From the NCBI GenBank assembly GCA_000934665.2, contig KZ537975.1:124001-186788 (forward strand): a stretch of 62,788 nucleotides of DNA, written 5' to 3'. Shown here piece by piece: positions 1 to 12,200 of the stretch. Made by a program: the position numbers and the translations under genes. The notes below the pieces were generated by a model. It saw only the letters and a program-made list of their open reading frames with translations, was not told where the DNA came from and ran no database searches. Within the stretch, counting starts at the first letter, position 1. The number at the start of each line of letters is the position of its first letter. The stretch comes from Catajapyx aquilonaris. Taxonomy: Eukaryota.

Positions 1-1065
1 GTTTCCTGCTTTTTTTTCCAACCGGGCTTGTTCACAAATTTCAGCTTGGGCTTCTCGATATTAATTGCCAGAAGCACCATATTTATTGCGCGTCTTAGCA
101 GGGAAAGTTACGCAAACATTGTAATATCGATGTAATTGATGGGCGTACTGTCTCTCGGCGTAATGTGAGATGCCATAACTTTGCGGTTACAAAATTTGTG
201 CAGCGATGACAACCAAACAATGTACGCAGCTGAGCTACACACGTGACTTTGCCGTTTTCATGCACATGGTGCACTAATTTCCTGATGGCGCCACACATTG
301 ACATGATTCCGTATTCAAGAGGACGAGCGTCCGCTCCCCCGAATGGCTCTCATAAAAGTAGGGCCAACTGGTGCCATTACTCCTCCAGATTTCTCGTTAA
401 GGGGAAAATATAGTGGGGGACAACCAGCCGGTTGTTGTGGACCTGGTGCTCCGCAGCTTCCCCTTTTTATTGCCCAGAAGGGGATCTTTGCCAACAATGT
501 TTTTTGTTACAGATCTACGGAGCAGGAAAAATGATATTCCTCTAACCTGCTGCTTCGAGGCCAAGTGATGTGTTGCGGCTTGGAAAAAGTGACAACTGGC
601 TTTTGTTCACTATGCATGGAATAACTCAAGTTCTCGAATAAATTCCCCCGGTTGCGATAGACGTCACATGCTACGCAATCATGTCAGAGTAGCTCTCGTT
701 GCAACAATGAAGGCGATAATTAGATGCCATTTGTCACATGGCTATTCATTGCTACAATGCACGATTTCATTAGGCGTACACGTCGCGACTGACGGGAACT
801 CCGAGATGGCAGCATTGTTGCGGTCAAGTACACCCAAACTAAAATCGGACTATTTGGGCCAATAAATGTAATTGGCTTAGCGTGCACGTTGCATTGGCCT
901 TATTAGGAAAGTGGGGGCGTTACGAGCTTGCCCCGAATTCCTCCCCAGTCAGCCTTTTATAGTTTAATTTTAGGTCAATCACGAAAATAGCATCACGACA
1001 AGTCTTCCAGATAAGGAAACCGTCACTGGTGTACAATCCAGCAAAGAATGCGTCCCCAACATATT

Positions 1066-1335
1066 TATGACACCGTATTTGATTAATGCGGTCACTATGA
1101 TCTTATTGATATCAACACAATCACGCTCTGTGGGTAAATCTGCCAACACACCCAGATATCGAAAATGACCGCAAACAATTGAAAAAAAAGCAGCTGGTAA
1201 CAATTCCCACAGGGTAATAATGCATTTCCCATGCCTCGGACAAATTCCTCGTAAACGTCCTTCTGCTTCCAACACGACATTAATCAAAAAAACAAGCCGC
1301 AGTTGACCCAAGATTCAGGTCCTGTTATCTCCCGA
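1066..1335 (-). pseudogene. Possible highly decayed non-LTR (LINE, RTE-like) reverse transcriptase fragment
   Basis: One minus frame reads SGDNRT*ILGQLRLVFLINVVLEAEGRLRGICPRHGKC...HFRYLGV...DINKIIVTALIKYGVI. Motif order and spacing resemble YADD-x25-GL-x5-K[TC]...F[KR]YLG...DIxxRIxxAxxxF, but YADD itself is not intact and there is an in-frame stop at 1315-1317. Confidence 0.25.
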
Positions 1336-3596
1336 ACTGATCGAGAGGACCTCGAATTTAAAAAGTGAGACAAAGGCGATCGGAATTGCCCATAAGATGC
1401 TTTCGGATGAGAAGGGAAAGGACAACCAAGGACGAGAAATTCCTCCGAACTTCCTTTCCTTCCTCCGAGACAACAAAGGGCATAATGAGGAATTGGACAA
1501 GCAACTTTGGCTTCAGCCGGTTTCTATTGCTCCGCAACTAAAGATGTGGCCTGGAATTAATACCAGGCTGCTATTTCGGCATGCTAAGCTTTGCACAGGC
1601 ACATTAGGCATTATTATGTCAAAGATTTTCGGAACCCAATCACGTATTACCTCCGTGCATGTGCATACGGTGCATACGCTTTATGTACGTTTCTGGGTGA
1701 CTTTACTGTATTATTCCCAGCCTGTTTCCTGGGTGGTCGCCTGGAGGCACCGAATAATGACAATGCACAAAAAACAGCTTACATGACGATGCGAAGTGAT
1801 GATTGCCGATGGTTTTTAACGCGCAAATGATGCGTGATCGGTCGTACAGCATCCTTGAAAGAAAATTAATTCCAACGGCCGGAGGACATATTTGCTCATA
1901 GGGTCAAGGAAGTGGTTCGGCCCGATTCTGTCTGCTTCCGAGCAAGAAATATCCAATTATCACGGAGCCATGTACTTTCTGGGGCTTATTTTGCTCGTTG
2001 CTCGAGCTGCAGAGCTTTCATTATTGCCGATGATCCGTGGTCCCATAATTTTCCATTAGCAATGCTACTTTTTTTCTCGGCATTGTTGGTCGAAAATTCA
2101 AGGCAAAGTTGAAACATTTTCTCCAGGAAAGTTGGCCTCGCTAGTTGCAAGCCATAATTTCGCATGTGCGGTAAATCAATGCAATTCCGACTCTGTCTTC
2201 TTTTCACTGCATCAAAGGCCGTTCGCTTTTTTTTGCAATAAGCTGCCCGCAATTCTGCAATAGGTTAAGGTTACTCGCTCAGGAATTGCGCGAGTGTAAT
2301 CACTGGATGACGTCACAATCATACCTGGTCAGGTAAACTGGAAAATGATTCCACATGTGTATTTATTAGTCTGTTGGTCCGTTGAATTGATCTGGTCCTG
2401 TGTCACTCTATGGGAGAGCAGCAGTAAGAGGGCTGTGGGTCTGATTAAATATGACAAGGCCGATCGTGCTCCCGTTGCATGATCCCTCATGTCAAGGAGG
2501 AGAAATATATCAGATGCACGCCCCCGGTGCTGGGGAGTGTGTGTATCTATATATACGTTTTGCTGTGGTGCACAATCACACCGCAGCACGATGATCCGTC
2601 CATAAAAATGCCTTGCCGATAGATAGGTAGATACCCACCCTCACAGTCCGTTGGCCTGATGAGCACGACCTGGTGGCCTGCCCGGGATACCAACAGGAAT
2701 GTAATTCTTATCCAGGATGGGTCACACCTCACTATTTTTCTCTCATATTTCCAACTGTCGAGCATTCAAACGGCCATGCTACACCCAGACTCACATTATT
2801 GAACAGTGAATTTCAAGATCGTCAATGAAACATGTAGTACCACACATGAGTGACGCACGTGGCATTTTCTTTGTGTACGTACTGTAGTACTTTGTGTGCC
2901 GGCCCACACTCGCCGCACATGTGATCAAGCGATGACCAGCGAATGGCACCCACTATTGGACTGTGGATCGGCATTGATGCCGCGATTTCACACCTCGAAT
3001 GAAATATGCCCCCGCAGCCATTCCGAATATCTAATTATCGCAGTGGGAAACAACCTTCTCCCCATATCAAAAGCCAGCCATTTTTTGTCTCATATAATTA
3101 GCCCATGCAGGTCATATGCATGTAAAAAAAAAGCGAGACTGGAGTCATGCGCGGTGCAGTGTTGAGTGGTGTGTGGCCGCCGATCTCTCTGACGCTTCTA
3201 TTAATCACCAGGTCCAAGGTATCATGCAAACCGAGCACGCAACCAGTCATAAACGGCTACTCAATGCCAACTCTCTTAATTTTTGCAATGTCTGATTCTG
3301 TGGCCTACTCCGGATCCAGAAAATTCGGGCAGAATCGGAAGTCGCATTAATAGAAACTGGTTTGGTTGTATCTGAACGGCCCCATCTTTAAGCTGGGCCA
3401 ATTTATTGCGCCTTAGCTGGGAGAAAATGCATATGGCGTTGGTCAGTGATTCACACGAGAGTTGGCGGGTAACATCATTGAATTAAATGGGGGAGCCTCA
3501 CGCTGCAAAAGGCATACAAAGTGTTATGAATGAGGCGTACACGTCGTAATTGGATGTAATTGAGCATGGCTACTGCTTTTCGAACCCGATGAACTT

Positions 3597-3667
3597 ATGT
3601 GTCGTGTCAACGGAGCCAAGTCAATTTTGAAGAAGTACGGCACGATCTTGGGTTTTTCTTCGAACAT
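3597..3667 (+). CDS. Candidate exon 1 of a hypothetical 3-exon, 99-aa gene model
   Basis: ATG at 3597, open frame MCRVNGAKSILKKYGTILGFSSN, ending at donor CAT|GTAAGC (GT at 3668), phase 2. Confidence 0.2.
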
Positions 3668-3894
3668 GTAAGCAGACTAACGAACCACAGAAATCCCATT
3701 AGCCGTTCAATGGGTTTCGCTAATGTTCGATCAGGCGTCTTCTGAAACGAGTTGGACCAGTGTTGCTGCTGGAGGACCCAACCGAATCAACACAACTCTT
3801 CATTCATTAAAAGGCCACCGATGCTTTCGCACTTTTCTCCCTTTCGATGCGACGCAGGTTTGACTCAGAAACGTCACTTTCTCTTCACTTGCAG

Positions 3895-3927
3895 GTCCAG
3901 CAAAAATTTACAACCCATAAAAGTAGG
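3895..3927 (+). CDS. Candidate 33-nt exon 2 of the hypothetical 3-exon model
   Basis: Acceptor ctttctcttcacttgcag| and donor AGG|GTGAGC. Length is a multiple of 3 and the exon is open in phase 2 (SSKNLQPIKV). Confidence 0.3.
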
Positions 3928-4066
3928 GTGAGCAAGACCAGTCTTTTTGCCAATGTAAGGTACGGTATACAAATGCAAGGTGTATGTGATGCATGGGGAA
4001 AAATTAAAACTTGGATCATAAATTTGTGGATTACACGTATAATATATATTTCTCTTTTTCGTTCAG

Positions 4067-4262
4067 GTCCAAGTGCAATATTTCACCGTGCATCTCTCAG
4101 AGTTCTTTTTCACGAAACTCTGCTGATTTACGGCCTAATTATACAGCTGACCAGCCGAAAAAAATATGGCGCATCAGTTACACCCACTTGGACTCAAACG
4201 CAGTTAATCTTCTCCCGCTGGTCACCATCACTGAACACCAACATCTCTTTACAAGTCCATAA
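4067..4262 (+). CDS. Candidate terminal exon 3 of the hypothetical 3-exon model
   Basis: Acceptor tttctctttttcgttcag|. The phase-2 frame stays open for 64 codons to TAA at 4260-4262. No homology recognised. Confidence 0.22.
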
Positions 4263-4465
4263 AGCACTTGTGACGACGGGATCTTCCGGCCAGCAGCTTC
4301 TCCTACTGGGATTCTATTCATCTTCATTTGCATCTAACCCAACCACTATACACAAGATGAAGTGTGTAAAAAATATGACACCCAATATGTGCCAAAAATT
4401 GCAAATTCAGGTATACAAATTGGACATGTGTAACCTTCACAGTTGTGGATACTTCATTTTTTTAC

Positions 4466-4486
4466 TAGTTAGTAGTTAGTTAGTAG
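4466..4486. repeat. Short imperfect TAGT/TAG tandem repeat
   Basis: Sequence tagttagtagttagttagtag read directly. Confidence 0.8.
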
Positions 4487-7400
4487 ATGTTTTTTCACCG
4501 AGTTGCTTCACATTGTAGATTAGAATCGTCCTTCGTGTGAGTTATAATTTTCGCGTTATGACGCACTACTTGTCCCACTTCCATATTGATATAATTTTTA
4601 TCCCATTCCTTCCGTGAATCCGGGCAGGTAGACCCGAGTAATTATGCTTTTGTGTTTGAATATTGCACATGCTCGACACATCATGCGCACTTTCACTCCA
4701 TAACCGAGCGGAAATGGCATTTCCATGAACCATCACATACTTATGCTAAATAACGGCCCGGTGGACAGCAAATTTATGCGCGTTCCACTTTCTATTTCAT
4801 GCCACCTGGATCGAAGGAATTGAAGATGTGCTTTTTTATTCCAATATACGAATTGTAAGCTCGTCCTACTGTATAAATCTGTCCTTAACTGGAACGTGGC
4901 CTCGTCCATGTTTATTAAAATAAGCTTGTTGCTGTCACGAATTCAATGTGTAGCTTGCGTTAATTGGCCGACGCAAAATATTATCCTCTCTTTTTGCTCC
5001 TTCTGGAATCAGCTGCTCTGATTATAATCTAATCTAACTACAAAAAAAATGCTTAATGACCTTTCTGGGAGTTAACTTTGCAATAAAGTCGGCTCCAACA
5101 AGCGTAACTGGTTGTTATCGCTCCAAAACTGTGGTTGACAAACATTGCGGGCCTATTCACAATTGAACGCATCTACATGTCTTATCCAATAATTGATCTG
5201 CGTTTTTTTGGTCTCATCTAATTAAAATGGCTTGTGCTTCTGACTTTTTTAACATAATTTGCCTACGCAATGGCCTTTTGGACAGCCTACGGAAGCCCTT
5301 GGATGTGGCCTTCTTATTACAAACAAAAGAACTGGCCAAACTCGATTTTTCGATTCGCTAAAAACAATGGTACAAACTTGGCACCCTGCAAATTTACTGT
5401 CTTTTATATGTCTTTCTAGAAAAAAATGCTCCGAGAAATTAATGACTTTACGCATCCTACGATTGCAGCTGTTCGCAGCAATTGTGTGTAAAATATTCTT
5501 GATTCGATCATGCAGGCCAATTAGCCCCAGGAAGTTGCATTCAGCATGACTTTCGTGCTGGTGAAAAAAATATATATCCACACTTAACAGCTCTCAAATT
5601 GTTGCCAAACAATAGGAGCCGTATAATATGTAAGTTTGGCACGGCTGACCTTCTGGTGAAAGTTTTCTGGCCCCGGAGAATTCAATTGAATCGTTTGCTT
5701 ACTGCAAGGTGCCATGGTAATTGATAGGAGCGTATTTTTTTAAAAAGCGCGGCTTCACGCAGGTAGTTTCACTTTCTTTGCCTTTCACTGTCTGCCACGT
5801 TCAATTCGAATCTGTAACGAAATGATTGGAGCCTCTTATCGAGTCGGGTCGATGATCGTGGTTGCGTCACTTCGCCGCAATTATGAATCGCACTTTCTCG
5901 TAATGTCAATCCCCCAGGAGCTTCCTCATTCGATAACACTATATAGTAAGGGAAAATTCGTCCCGTTTGCCAACCTGGAGTGTCCCCAGATGGGTCGCAC
6001 ACAGTGTCACATGACAATGTCGCCTTAATGCATGAAGCACGCTCTCGTGTCAATACAGGGTGGTCCAACTGGGAAGGAACGCTGCGTACGGTACACATAC
6101 AGTATATCATTTTTTTTTGTAAGTTACTTTACGGCCATGTGTGTCCAAATTGCTACAAAGTCACAGTTGTCAATCAAGGCTTTTTTCGATCCCACAGTAG
6201 TAAGCAGTTACTTTCAGCCTAATGTTAAAAATCAGCTAAAATAAGCGAACCGTAGAAGGCCTGGAAAGGTGCAGATATGACGCAATGAGTCCAAAAAATT
6301 TCGGTGGGGGCGTCATAAACGGCAAGGATGAACATTGTTCTGGGAACACGTTTAAAAGGTGCAAGTCGTGCGCCAGTGACACAACCCCCATTCATCCATC
6401 CGTTGCGAGGAGAAAGGATCCAGTGCTCAGGAGGAGTTCGTGCTGCTGCCAGAGTGACGAAAATGGCCAAAGCTTCAAGGGGCAAAGCACCCACCATGTT
6501 TGGCCAAAATGATCCTTTCACGCCGTTTGGAAATCGGATTAATGTCGAAATTTTCAGCTCATATAAAACTGGTTGGATGTACCATAAAAAAGGTAAATTT
6601 CACGCCGTTGCCTCGCCGATTAATTTTTAATGGGAAAATACTATAATTTTTTGATCATCCGGACTGGTTCTGGTGTAAATTACATATCTCCAACGGACAT
6701 AATGAGCGGACAGAAGACCACCCTCCGAGTGTAATTTCGCACCCAAAGCGGTGTTAATGCCCGATTTCATAACTGATGCGCCGGGATGGGGATCATCACG
6801 AGTTGTCCTTTTGAACCCTTCCAACTCCGGGGTCTGACGAATTACTGTGTGTATACTTCTAGTGTATACGTCAGACTATTTTCCACTCTGCTTAGAAAAT
6901 CAGCAACGTGAGGAAATTAACCACGGGTTACTCCCACGTCGTAAATCATGTTGGGTCAGACAAGTTCTAACAAACGTTTATTTGAGAGACTACTTTTTTA
7001 CCTGCTGGTTTCTGATTTAGGAAAATGGTGCTATCGCATGTCACAATCGGCAGTGGTAAGAATAAGCCTGGCCTATTCATTACAATGAGTCACTGCAATG
7101 AGTTACAACTGCGTTAGTTTGTAAAGGAAAATCCACTTCAAACTCTGCTACTTTCAAAATCACTCTAATCTTGATAGCTTGACCACTATGTGCAAGGATC
7201 GTAAAAAGTAACAGGTCGAAACAGAGTAGCGACAGTAAATCAGGGGTCACCGCTGGCATCGCAGTCATTGCAATGCCCCCGAATAACCTCTCAGCCCAAT
7301 CTTGAAATAAACTCGTACAGTATTGCACCACAATCTACCTCGAGCAGGAAAAATGTAATGTAACGGAAATAATATTTGAAAGAAAGTAACGTATAATTTG

Positions 7401-8908
7401 ATTGAATTGGACTCAAATAAAAAATTGAGTTAGCTGACACGATATTGTCTCCATCTATTGCAAGTGTATAAACCGTTCAAATTGAGCAGTAAACTACTCA
7501 ATTTACAGACTACTGTATAACTGACCGTCTGGATCGTGCAACAATTAATATTTTTTGTTGCTGTTGGCGTCGACAGAAATGGTGGCCGTCCAAGCACTGC
7601 CCACATTGCGGTAGCAGCATACACCGGTCAATTGTCTTGACATGGATCATGAACGGTCGTGATTGATCGTAATCCTGCAAAGTGCTGCTGGCCCCTGAGA
7701 AGCGATTAATTATGCCGGCCTGCGCACAAATATCCCCTTGCCTATAATAAACGAGCTGATTGTTATCAGTGCGGCCAACACCAACTTGCAGAATCCTCCA
7801 GAGCTTGTTGCACTGCGCAACATCCAAAACGACAGGCATTTCCTCAAGTCCAGTTTCGCCCCCCTCTCATTAATTACTCGTTATAAAAAACCCGTTTTGA
7901 TGATTGAATTGGAATTTAGATTGGCTTGACATAAAGCCTACGTTGTGTCGATATAATGTAGGTTATTCGTGGCAGGGGGTTACCTTTTGTTTGCAGCCCA
8001 AGAAAATTTGGACTGTTCTGTCTATCATAACCAGCCTTGAACTATTGAAGTCGATCAAACAAACCGTGGATAATTTGTCACAATATAAATAGTCGTGGTT
8101 GTATCATTTTCATCACCTTGGCCGAGTATACGTCTGTTAGGTGAGGATAAATCACGATCGGCCCCGAGTAATTAATGGAAGGTACTGAACTGCTAGGAGT
8201 CACCCTAGAAACTGTTGTGCATTACTCTGGACTAAAGGGTGTTTATGGGTTGAAGGCTGGGAGGTGATGCTTATCATGAAGTAAAATCGTGCAGCACGCG
8301 GTCTCCCAGATGAACATCTCGATCAGGCAAGGTTACCATCCACGATTTCTTATGTAAAGAGCTCGATCGCTTCTAATCGCTACGCTGATTACTGACTTAG
8401 GGTTCTATTATGGAGTGCAAGAGTCACGCCCCGATTTTGCTCCAAAAGACAAGCCTCAAGTACAGGTTGATTACGCAAAAAAACAAAACAAACAGTGTTC
8501 CTTGATGAAGCTTGGAGAATACTTTTTTCTTGGGTTCAGGAGTGTGAGGTTGTCCTTAGAACACGGCTTGCCACTTTTGCGAGATATGATCTGCCGTACG
8601 ATTAATCATATTCACTGTCGCGGTCGGCATAAATCAATTCAGACGACGGGGGTTCTGTTTTCCTGCCCATATTTTTTTGTAGAAGAGCCTATTTGTGCCG
8701 TGTTTGTAGCTACCGAGGATAGTCCTGTCTATTTTACAAGGCTAAGTTTTATCCCTCCAAATCAAATTGATATACAAAAAAAATCAAACACAATTCATCC
8801 CTAAGCCGCCTAAATTTTTTCATCGCGTTTAAAAAATTATCGTGTAATCTCAGCATTTAATATATTTTTTACCAAATATGACGACAGACGTGATAAAATA
8901 TCTGTCGG

Positions 8909-9236
8909 CTACAACATTTCGAGGCTCATTTGTAACCGCCAATGGCCATTCTTCGCCTCTTCTTCAAGCCGGAGCTTCTTCCCGTGGAGCTTATCTGCCG
9001 CCTGATCTCCTGAAGAATCTCTTTGCTGAAACGTCTCCAAGAAATTTTTTTCCAGCTTTTTGTGGAAAGGACTGGGCATCCAATAATTTATCTTGGACCA
9101 AAGCCTGCCGAGCAAGCCCACGCATGTGCACGAAAATTACATTTCTACCTGTCACGGCCGCTAACACATTCGTCCCCAAATGTCCTGGCCCCGTGAGACA
9201 GTTCGAAAACAATATCTCCATGAATTTCGTTATCGG
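8909..9236 (-). pseudogene. Possible highly decayed LTR-retrotransposon integrase N-terminal (H2C2-like) fragment
   Basis: Minus frame reads P-x5-EIL-x8-GHLG-x16-MR, the register of the Ty3/gypsy integrase zinc-binding domain. The first His, the WWP motif and both Cys are missing. Confidence 0.18.
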
Positions 9237-12200
9237 GTTGAATTCGAAAATGTCTCCCCGTTGATTGATAAGTGATTTCAAAAACTGACAGCTGAGGTCG
9301 AGCAGACCTTACCCAATAATTGTGGCGACATATTTTGCCGCACTTTTTTTTGTCGTCAATTCGGTGTCCTTTTGTAACTTTTGGCAAACGTGTGACCCTC
9401 CTGTGTATGTGGTAGTCCTTCGACAATTTGCTGGGATGTCCAGTCCTTGACTTGTTTTTTTTTTTCAGGTGCATACCGGACGATCGGTGACTTTCTTGGT
9501 CGTGATAAAAACAAAAAGGTGACAAATGAGGGTGTTGGGAGAACAGTGGAGAACAAAGGCGACATTTGCGCCATTAAATTCGCCCTCGACCTGCCACTCC
9601 GAGATTTAGGGCTCGTCTGTTGGTGTGTGTGTTCCTTATCGTCTAGTAGACATTCCAGTTTTTCATAAGATTTTTCTGAGCGGACCTACATTTCTTACCG
9701 GTCCAAATTTTTCACTATAAGCCAACTATTAATCTTCACTATGTCCGGCAAATAAATTAATAACATCATAATTATACTGTGCCGAAACGCGCCTAATTAT
9801 TTCTAACAGCAAAACATCGCCATTTTTTATATCGCCAATGACCTTAAAAAATCAGCAAAAAAACACGTGTTATACAAGTGTACTAAAAGTTTAATTTCAC
9901 CAAGAGAAACTTTTTCCCGGCCTAAGGGATCATGTGCTTTCTTTTGCCATTTTCTCTCCAAATTATGGTCCACTTTCGTTCACACACTCATACGGATACC
10001 CCCTCGTGCAATTTTTTAAGCCAGTTTTTTTACCTGCGAAAAAACCTATCATACAACTTTTTTGGGCGTCTAAGATGCCATTGATCTCTTCCAAATTAGG
10101 TTACGTTTGGCGAGTTGGACCCATCATCACGGCGGCCCACTTTTTTGTAATCAGGAAAAAGCGGCAATTTTTCACACAAAAAATAAGGGGGCAAAAGCGA
10201 CAAGGTCAACCGCATCAGTTACTCAAGTCACCACTTTTTTTTTGCATTGTCTTCAAAACAAGTCCAATTGTATGTCTAAAACCTTGTCGCCTCCGCACTT
10301 CCGATATATTACTCGAGTTCCTGTTTGGCCCCAGCTTTCAATGCAGGTAATGTATAGGCAAAATGCATGGACCTAATATGGGCAACGCATATTTTCACGC
10401 CAACAATTCACATTTTGCATGGGCGTACACTCGAAATAAATTTGAGTGTGAAAGACATTTTTAACTCGTTGTGTGAGCAGAAAAGCAGACTTGTTTGAAT
10501 TGAATTCAAATATAGAGTAAAAATTACTCAAAGTGGATTTCAGATCTGATTCGAAGAAAAAAAATATCTGAACCCTTCCTATGTATTATAATTAAAATCA
10601 CTCACAGAGTTACAGTTAACCAGAGATTACCCGAAGGTCGTACAACGGACCTTGAGCAATTGGTTGCCATTAAAATGGAGTAAATTGGTACTCTATACCG
10701 TATCGGAAAAACATGGCTGATAATTCAGCGCAGTTTGGACTGGAGGCCGATCACGAATTGGCCGTTTGCGTATACGCTACTTACTCCGTGCAGCACCCGT
10801 TATACCTATTTATTTCCGCCACACACCACGTGTGTGTGTATTGTGCCATAAATGGCTTCCCGGCGCCATTTTATTGGTTCTTAAAAGCTTCGCGGTGTAG
10901 CCAGTACGTGAACTGATTAGAGGGTTAGACACGGATACAGGTAGTTTCAAGGTGTTGCGGCCCTAGTAGTGTTCAGGTTGGCCTGTCACTGTGGGTGCGG
11001 TGTGTACGGTGTGATTATAATACACCCATAAACACCGTTGATAGATGGCGTCTCTGCAGGTGTTGGACAGCCAACGAGTCTCATTTTCAGATTATGATTA
11101 AGGCCAGGCATATACCGCTGAACACGAACGATGTCTATCTCTCTGTTAGTTAACGTCTCATACATTAAACCGCCTCCGTCATATTGTGCTGGCATAAAAT
11201 TTGAAAAGCAGCAGCATACGCCATCTGCAGACTTTCTTCCCAATCTTCGCCTCCGTCATGTCGTGCCTGTATTTAACAGATGAAATTGTTAATTTTCGTT
11301 AGATGTTTACGTTGTGTAGTGCACAAAAATTACCCAATCGAGTGGTGTCCTTTTCTATAGGAAGTTGTTTGCTCCATTTCCACGGTTGGGTCATTATATA
11401 ATCCATCACTGCCAACGTGGAAATGTCGGCGGACCAAACACAAAAACGTACGCAGGACACGTGTATTTTTCCTTCTTTTGTGCCAACCCAAGTACGCAAA
11501 ACGGTTTCCCCCTACTGTCTCCTGTACCATCATCAATCATGAGCGAGATTACCCCCTTCCAAAATTTGCACCCAGCGGCCACTTACCATCCCAATACACT
11601 CCCATTATCACCCCTGTTCCAAGTCCCCCCCATGGCCACAAAAAGGTCCCCCTAACCTGTCAATTACAGTAATGACAACGGAAGCATTTTTTTTGTTAGG
11701 AATGTCATTTGGCTGGCCCTCAAAATTATTCTAACGACACTTTTCACCCACCTTTTTCACCTGCCATCCAGGTTCATTTGGGTTAAACAGTTGGTTATCA
11801 CTGCTCGACCCCCATTAGGATGCGTATTCATTACTTTTTCTGACCCATAATGAATGTCCCCCCTCCGCTGTTCCTCTTCGGCAATGTCCCCAGGGGCTTT
11901 CAAAGGTTTTTCGACAGTGCTCTGGGGACACATGCTGGGAGTTGCGTGTTTGCAAGAAACTTTTTAGAGTTGTAATTTTTCCCAGGATAGAGAGTCAGAG
12001 GCGACTGGTTTCTGGTCGAACATGGAATTTGCGCCCTATTTATCTCAATGTTGTTTCCAGATGGTGTGTCATTACACCCATGTTTTTCTCTGTAGCAATA
12101 AATTGGACAGTTTTTGCAGTAGTGATGATTTTATTATTGTGGGTCGTAAAAAAAATAGTGTAATAGCACACGTTATGATAGGGTTTAAAGACAGTGCTCG

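Noticed and set aside
3847..4479. Longest ORF (210 aa) as a single-exon gene
   Set aside because: No recognisable domain, and it runs through intron-like low-complexity sequence. Kept only as context for the spliced model.
513..7355. Shared word ATCTAC...GAGCAGGAAAAATG at 513-533 and 7333-7355 (also GTCTCAAGGTTG near 18481 and 24317)
   Set aside because: Exact matches of 12-14 nt are expected several times by chance in a 63-kb self-comparison, and these do not extend.
9010..9035. Hammerhead-like core CTGAAGA...GAAACGTC
   Set aside because: Stem II has only one base pair and stem I cannot form.
11549..11652. Minus-strand peptide GDLFVAMGGLGTGVIMGVYWDGKWPLG resembling GPCR TM2-ECL1, with an internal ATG|GTAAGT donor
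   Set aside because: It lacks the LAxxD context, the TM2 proline and the conserved TM3 cysteine, and it is bounded by stops. G-rich composition explains the glycines.
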